This document shows positions 55,860 to 64,000 of a stretch of 64,000 bases of DNA, in pieces; the first letter of the stretch is position 1; each line of letters opens with the position of its first letter. The translations under genes were made by a program, and so were the position numbers. The DNA lies in assembly GCF_964355755.1 (NCBI RefSeq), contig NC_092671.1:21593317-21657316 (forward strand), in the 5' to 3' direction. The notes below the pieces were generated by a model that was given only the letters and a program-made list of their open reading frames with translations, was not told the DNA's origin and made no database searches. Source of the DNA: Antedon mediterranea (taxonomy: Eukaryota > Animalia > Echinodermata).

Positions 55860-58280
55860 TTGGAGACGTTTTAGACCATTTTGTGATTTTCGAAAAAACT
55901 TTTTCACACAAAACACCAAAGTGCTTAGAATACCTTCAAATCGCATTTGGAGACGTTTTAGACCATTTTGTGATTTTCGAAAAAACTTGTTAACATAAAA
56001 ACATCAAAGTGTACAGAATAGCTTCAAATCGCATTTGGAGACGTTTTAGACCATTTTGTGATTTTCGAAAAAACTTGTTAACATAAAAACACCAAAGTGC
56101 TTAGAATAGCTTCAAATCGCATTAGGAGACGTTTTAGACCATTTTGTGATTTTCGAAAAAACTTGTTAACACAAAAACACCAAAGTGCTTAGAATAGCTT
56201 CAAATCGCATTTGGAGACGTTTTAGACCATTTTGTGATTTTCGAAAAAACTTGTTAACATTAAAACACCAAAATGTTTAGAATAGCTTCAAATCGAATTT
56301 GGAGACGTTTTAGACCATTTTGTGATTTTCGAAAAAACTTGTTAACACAAAAACACCAAAGTGATTAGAATAGCTTCAAATCGCATTTGGAGACGTTTTA
56401 GACCATTTTGTGCATTTCGATGAAACTTGGTTACGGAAAAACATCAAAGTGCTTAAAATCACATTATAAACCGTTTTAGACCATTTTGAGCATATCGATA
56501 ACACTTTTCACACAAAAACATCAAAGAGCACAATATAGCTTAATATCGTATTTAAAAACGTTTTAGACCATTTTGAGCATTTCGACAAAACTTTTTCACA
56601 CAAAACACCAAAGTGCTTAGAATAGCTTCAAATCGCATTTGGAGACGTTTTAGACCATTTTGTGATTTTCGAAAAAACTTGTTAACATAAAAACATCAAA
56701 GGGCTAAGAATAGCTTCAAATCGCATTTGGAGACATTTTAGACCAATTAGTGATTTTCGAAAAAACTTGGTTACACAAAAACATCAAAGTGGTTAAAATC
56801 ACATTATAAACCGTTTTAGACCATTTTGAGCATTTCGATAACACTTTTTACACAAAAACATCAAAGTGCTTAGAATAGCTTCAAATCGCATTTGGAGACG
56901 TTTTAGACCATTTTGTGATTTTCGAAAAAAACTTTTTAACATAAAAACACCAAACTGCTAAGAATAGCTTCAAATCGCATATGGAGACAATTTAGACCAT
57001 TTTGTGATTTTCGAAAAAACTTGTTAACATAAAAACACCAAAGTGCTTAGAATACCTTCAAATCGCATTTGGAGACGTTTTAGACCATTTTGTGATTTTC
57101 GAAAAAACTTTTTCACACAAAACACCAAAGTGCTTAGAATACCTTCAAATCGCATTTGGAGACGTTTTAGACCATTTTGTGATTTTCGAAAAAACTTGTT
57201 AACATAAAAACATCAAAGTGTACAGAATAGCTTCAAATCGCATTTGGAGACGTTTTAGACCATTTTGTGATTTTCGAAAAAACTTGTTAACATAAAAACA
57301 CCAAAGTGCTTAGAATAGCTTCAAATCGCATTAGGAGACGTTTTAGACCATTTTGTGATTTTCGAAAAAACTTGTTAACACAAAAACACCAAAGTGCTTA
57401 GAATAGCTTCAAATCGCATTTGGAGACGTTTTAGACCATTTTGTGATTTTCGAAAAAACTTGTTAACATTAAAACACCAAAATGTTTAGAATAGCTTCAA
57501 ATCGAATTTGGAGACGTTTTAGACCATTTTGTGATTTTCGAAAAAACTTGTTAACACAAAAACACCAAAGTGATTAGAATAGCTTCAAATCGCATTTGGA
57601 GACGTTTTAGACCATTTTGTGCATTTCGATGAAACTTGGTTACGGAAAAACATCAAAGTGCTTAAAATCACATTATAAACCGTTTTAGACCATTTTGAGC
57701 ATATCGATAACACTTTTCACACAAAAACATCAAAGAGCACAATATAGCTTAATATCGTATTTAAAAACGTTTTAGACCATTTTGAGCATTTCGACAAAAC
57801 TTTTTCACACAAAACACCAAAGTGCTTAGAATAGCTTCAAATCGCATTTGGAGACGTTTTAGACCATTTTGTGATTTTCGAAAAAACTTGTTAACATAAA
57901 AACATCAAAGGGCTAAGAATAGCTTCAAATCGCATTTGGAGACATTTTAGACCAATTAGTGATTTTCGAAAAAACTTGGTTACACAAAAACATCAAAGTG
58001 GTTAAAATCACATTATAAACCGTTTTAGACCATTTTGAGCATTTCGATAACACTTTTTACACAAAAACATCAAAGTGCTTAGAATAGCTTCAAATCGCAT
58101 TTGGAGACGTTTTAGACCATTTTGTGATTTTCGAAAAAAACTTTTTAACATAAAAACACCAAACTGCTAAGAATAGCTTCAAATCGCATATGGAGACAAT
58201 TTAGACCATTTTGTGATTTTCGAAAAAACTTGTTAACATAAAAACACCAAAGTGCTTAGAATACCTTCAAATCGCATTTG
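55860..58280 (+). repeat. Tandem duplication with 1209-bp unit (boundaries approximate)
   Basis: ttacGgaaaa at 56436/57645, aatcgAattt at 56295/57504 and gaaaaaactttttcac at 55892/57101 are all 1209 bp apart. Confidence 0.88.
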
Positions 58281-61200
58281 GAGACGTTTTAGACCATTTT
58301 GTGATTTTCCAAAAAACTTGTTAACATAAAAACATCAAAGTGTACAGAATAGCTTCAAATCGCATTTGGAGACGTTTTAGACCATTTTGTGATTTTCGAA
58401 AAAACTTGTTAACATAAAAACACCAAAGTGCTTAGAATAGCTTCAAATCGCATTAGGAGACGTTTTAGACCATTTTGTGATTTTCGAAAAAACTTGTTAA
58501 CATAAAAACACCAAAGTGCTTAGAATAGCTTCAAATCGCATTTGGAGACGTTTTAGACCATTTTGTGATTTTCGAAAAAACTTGTTAACATAAAAACACC
58601 AAAATGTTTAGAATAGCTTCAAATCACATTTGGAGACGTTTTAGACCATTTTGTGATTTTCGAAAAAACTTGTTAACACAAAAACACCAAAGTGATTAGA
58701 ATAGCTTCAAATCGCATTTGGAGACGTTTTAGACCAATTTGTGCATTTCGATGAAACTTGGTTACGCAAAAACATCAAAGTGCTTAAAATCACATTATAA
58801 ACCGTTTTAGACCATTTTGAGCATATCGATAACACTTTTCACACAAAAACATCAAAGAGCACAATATAGCTTAATATCTTATTTAAAAACGTTTTAGACC
58901 ATTTTGAGCATTTCGACAAAACTTTTTCACACAAAACACCAAAGTGCTTAGAATAGCTTCAAATCGCATTTGGAAACGTTTTAGACCATTTTGTGATTTT
59001 CGAAAAAACTTGTTAACATAAAAACATCAAAGTGCTAAGAATAGCTTCAAATCGCATTTGGAGACATTTTAGACCAATTAGTGATTTTCGAAAAAACTTG
59101 GTTACACAAAAACATCAAAGTGGTTAAAATCACATTATAAACCGTTTTAGACCATTTTGAGCATTTCGATAACACTTTTCACACAAAAACATCAAAGTGC
59201 TTAGAATAGCTTCAAATCGCATTTGGAGACGTTTTAGACCATTTTGTGATTTTCGAAAAAAACTTTTTAACATAAAAACACCAAACTGCTAAGAATAGCT
59301 TCAAATCGCATATGGAGACAATTTAGACCATTTTGTGATTTTCGAAAAAACTTGTTAACATAAAAACACCAAAGTGCTTAGAATACCTTCAAATCGCATT
59401 TGGAGACATTTTAGACCATTTTGTGATTTTCGAAAAAACTTGTTAACATAAAAACATCAAAGTGCTAAGAATAGCTTCCAATCGCATTTGGAGACGTTTT
59501 AGACCATTTTGTGATTTTCGAAAACAACTTGTTAACATAAAAACACCAAAGTGCTTAGAATAGCTTCAAATCGCATTTGGAGACGTTTTAGACCAATTTG
59601 TGATTTTCGAAAAAACTTGGTTACACAAAAACATCAAAGTGGATAAAATCACATTATAAACCGTTTTAGACCATTTTGAGCATATCGATAACACTTTTCA
59701 CACAAAAACATCAAAGACCACAATATAGCTTAATATCGTATTTAAAAACGTTTTAGACCATTTTGAGCATTTCGACAAAACTTTTTCACACAAAACACCA
59801 AAGTGCTTAGAATAGCTTCAAATCGCATTTGGAGACGTTTTAGACCATTTTGTGATTTTCGAAAAAACTTGTTAACATAAAAACATCAAAGTGCTAAGAA
59901 TAGCTTCAAATCGAATTTGGAGACATTTTAGACCAATTAGTGATTTTCGAAAAAACTTGGTTACACAAAAACATCAAAGTGGTTAAAATCACATTATAAA
60001 CCGTTTTAGACCATTTTGAGCATTTCGATAACACTTTTCACACAAAAACATCAAAGTGCTTAGAATAGCTTCAAATCGCATTTGGAGACGTTTTAGACCA
60101 TTTTGTGATTTTCGAAAAAAACTTTTTAACATAAAAACACCAAACTGCTAAGAATAGCTTCAAATCGCATATGGAGACAATTTAGACCATTTTGTGATTT
60201 TCGAAAAAACTTGTTAACATAAAAACACCAAAGTGCTTAGAATACCTTCAAATCGCATTTGGAGACATTTTAGACCATTTTGTGATTTTCGAAAAAACTT
60301 GTTAACATAAAAACATCAAAGTGCTAAGAATAGCTTCCAATCGCATTTGGAGACGTCTTAGACTATTTTGTGATTTTCGAAAACAACTTGTTAACATAAA
60401 AATACCAAAGTGCTTAGAATAGCTTCAAATCGCATTTGGAGACGTTTTAGACCAATTTGTGATTTTCGAAAAAACTTGGTTACACAAAAACATCAAAGTG
60501 GATAAAATCACATTATAAACCGTTTTAGACCATTTTGAGCATTTCGATAACACATTTCACACAAAAACATCAAAGAGCACAAAATAGCTTAATATCGTAT
60601 TTAAAAACGTTTTAAACCATTTTGAGCATTTCGACAAAACTTTTTCACACAAAACACCAAAGTGTACAGAATAGCTTCAAATCGCATTTGGAGACGTTTT
60701 AGACCATTTTGTGATTTTCGAAAAAACTTGTTAATATAAAAACACCAAAGTACTTAGAATAGCTTCAAATCGCATTTGGAGACGTTGTAGACCATTTTGT
60801 GATTTTCGAAAAAACTTGTTAACATAAAAACACCAAAGTTTACAGAATAGCTTCAAATCGCATTTGGAGACGTTTTAGACAATTTTGTGCATTTCGATGA
60901 AACTTGGTTACACAAAAACATCAAAGTGCTTAAAATCACATTATAAACCGTTTTAGACCATTTGAGCATTTCCATAACACTTTTCACACAAAAACATCAA
61001 AGGGCACAATATAGCTTAATATCCTATTTAAAAACGTTTTAGACCATTTTGAGCATTTCGACAAAACTTTTTCACACAAAACACCAAAGTGCTTAGAATA
61101 CCTTCAAATCGCATTTGGAGACGTTTTAGACCATTTTGTGATTTTCGAAAAAACTTAACATAAAAACATCAAAGTTTACAGAATAGCTTCAAATCGCATT

Positions 61201-64000
61201 TGGAGACGTTTTAAACCATTTTGTGATTTTCGAAAAAACTTGTTAACATAAAAACACCAAAATGTTTAGAATAGCTTCAAATCGCATTTGGAGACGTTTT
61301 AGACCATTTTGTGATTTTCGAAAAAACTTGTTAACACAAAAACACCAAAGTGATTAGAATAGCTTCAAATCGCATTTGGAGACGTTTTAGACCATTTTGT
61401 GATTTTCGAAAAAACTTGTTAACATAAAAACACCAAAGTGATTAGAATAGCTTCAAATCGCATTTGGAGACGTTTTAGACCATTTTGTGCATTTCGATGA
61501 AACTTGGTTACGCAAAAACATCAAAGTGCTTAAAATCACATTATAAACCGTTTTAGACCATTTTGAGCATATCGATAACACTTTTTACACAAAACGCCAA
61601 AGTGCTTAGAATAGCTTCAAATCGCATTTGGAGACGTTTTAGACCATTTTGTGATTTTCGACAAAACTTTTTCACATAAAACACCAAAGTGCTTAGAATA
61701 CCTTCAAATCGCATTTGGAGACGTTTTAGACCATTTTGTGATTTTCGAAAAAACTTGTTAACATAAAAACATCAAAGTGTACAGAATAGCTTCAAATCGC
61801 ATTTGGAGACGTTTTAGACCATTTTGTGATTTTCGAAAAAACTTGTTAACATAAAAACACCAAAGTGCTTAGAATAGCTTCAAATCGCATTAGGAGACGT
61901 TTTAGACCATTTTGTGATTTTCGAAAAAACTTGTTAACATAAAAACACCAAAGTGCTTAGAATAGCTTCAAATCGCATTTGGAGACGTTTTAGACCATTT
62001 TGTGATTTTCGAAAAAACTTGTTAACATAAAAACACCAAAGTTCTTAAAATAGCTTCAAATCGCATTTGGAGACGTTTTAGACCATTTTGTGATTTTCGA
62101 AAAAACTTGTTAACATAAAAACACCAAAGTGCTTAGAATAGCTTCAAATCGCATTTGGAGACGTTTTAGACCATTTTGGGATTTTTGAAAAAACTTGTTA
62201 ACATAAAAACACCAAAGTTCTTAGAATAGCTTCAAATCGCATTTGGAGACGTTTTAGACCATTTTGTGCATTTCGATGAAACTTGGTTACACAAAAACAT
62301 CAAAGTGCTTAAAATCACGTTATAAACCGTTTTAGACCATTTGAGCATTTCGATAACACTTTTCACACAAAAACATCAAAGGGCACAATATAGCTTAATA
62401 TCCTATTTAAAAACGTTTTAGACCATTTTGAGCATTTCGACAAAACTTTTTCACACAAAACACCAAAGTGCTTAGAATACCTTCAAATCGCATTTGGAGA
62501 CGTTTTAGACAATTTTGTGATTTTCGAAAAAACTTGTTAACATAAAAACATCAAAGTTTACAGAATAGCTTCAAATCGCTTTTGGAGACGTTTTAGACAA
62601 TTTTGTGATTTTCGAAAAAACTTGTTAACATAAAAACACCAAAGTGCTTAGAATAGCTTCAAATCGCATTGGGAGACGTTTTAGACCATTTTGTGATTTT
62701 CGAAAAAACTTGTTAACATAAAAACATCAAAGTGTACAGAATAGCTTCAAATCGCATTTGGAGACGTTTTAGACCATTTTGTGATTTTCGAAAAAACTTG
62801 TTAACATAAAAACACCAAAGTGCTTAGAATAGCTTCAAATCGCATTTGGAGACGTTTTAAACCATTTTGTGATTTTCGAAAAAACTTGTTAACATAAAAA
62901 CACCAAAATGTTTAGAATAGCTTCAAATCGCATTTGGAGACGTTTTAGACCATTTTGTGATTTTCGAAAAAACTTGTTAACACAAAAACACCAAAGTGAT
63001 TAGAATAGCTTCAAATCGCATTTGGAGACGTTTTAGACCATTTTGTGATTTTCGAAAAAACTTGTTAACATAAAAACACCAAAGTGATTAGAATAGCTTC
63101 AAATCGCATTTGGAGACGTTTTAGACCATTTTGTGCATTTCGATGAAACTTGGTTACGCAAAAACATCAAAGTGCTTAAAATCACATTATAAACCGTTTT
63201 AGACCATTTTGAGCATATCGATAACACTTTTTACACAAAACACCAAAGTGCTTAGAATAGCTTCAAATCGCATTTGGAGACGTTTTAGACCATTTTGTGA
63301 TTTTCGACAAAACTTTTTCACACAAAACACCAAAGTGCTTAGAATACCTTCAAATCGCATTTGGAGACGTTTTAGACCATTTTGTGATTTTCGAAAAAAC
63401 TTGTTAACATAAAAACATCAAAGTGTACAGAATAGCTTCAAATCGCATTTGGAGACGTTTTAGACCATTTTGTGATTTTCGAAAAAACTTGTTAACATAA
63501 AAACACCAAAGTGCTTAGAATAGCTTCAAATCGCATTAGGAGACGTTTTAGACCATTTTGTGATTTTCGAAAAAACTTGTTAACATAAAAACACCAAAGT
63601 GCTTAGAATAGCTTCAAATCGCATTTGGAGACGTTTTAGACCATTTTGTGATTTTCGAAAAAACTTGTTAACATAAAAACACCAAAATGTTTAGAATAGC
63701 TTCAAATCGCATTTGGAGACGTTTTAGACCATTTTGTGATTTTCGAAAAAACTTGTTAACACAAAAACACCAAAGTGATTAGAATAGCTTCAAATTGCAT
63801 TTGGAGACGTTTTAGACCATTTTGTGCATTTCGATGAAACTTGGTTACGCAAAAACATCAAAGTGCTTAAAATCACATTATAAACCGTTTTAGACCATTT
63901 TGAGCATATCGATAACACTTTTCACACAAAAACATCAAAGAGCACAATATAGCTTAATATCGTATTTAAAAACGTTTTAGACCATTTTGAGCATTTCGAC

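Larger units (their letters stand above)
28621..64000 (+). repeat. Tandem satellite DNA array, right of the SINE insertion
   Basis: Resumes mid-monomer (aatagcttcaaatcgc...) exactly where the left part was interrupted and continues to the window end with the same monomer types and orientation. Confidence 0.99.

Noticed and set aside
2202-63412. 22 near-identical 62-67 aa plus-strand ORFs (MSISITLFTQN...)
   Set aside because: They start at TTG inside type B monomers and exist only because 87-bp monomers lacking the TAA of gttaac stay in frame. They are translations of the satellite, with no gene context; an equivalent copy at ~61563 is broken by a stop.
1-64000. CRISPR-like repeat/spacer array
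   Set aside because: There are no unique spacers: the whole 88-bp unit is repeated and the variable positions are point variants. No cas genes are present.

Overview
The window is almost entirely one head-to-tail, single-orientation AT-rich tandem satellite array from a eukaryote, probably an invertebrate animal (inferred from the SINE type). The dominant monomer (type A) is 88 bp: aaagtgcttagaatagcttcaaatcgcatttggagacgttttagaccattttgtgattttcgaaaaaacttgttaacataaaaacacc. It is interspersed with a 76-77 bp type B (lacking one 10-bp sub-repeat) and an 87 bp type C, for roughly 730-740 monomers by estimate. Monomers form recurring multi-monomer modules (e.g. an 859-bp 10-mer) reshuffled by nested tandem duplications (251, 506, 607, 1209, 2666, 6205 bp) and long-range copies (offsets ~15, ~22, ~31, ~46 kb). 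The only non-satellite DNA I found is a ~353-bp tRNA-derived SINE at 28268-28620. It has Pol III A/B boxes, a Nin/Deu-domain-like core, a structured 3' part, a (TAAA)n tail and a probable AATA target-site duplication, and an empty-site paralogous block lies at ~6553. None of the ORFs is a credible gene, and I see no protein-coding system or CRISPR array. A centromeric or pericentromeric role is plausible but not demonstrable from sequence alone.
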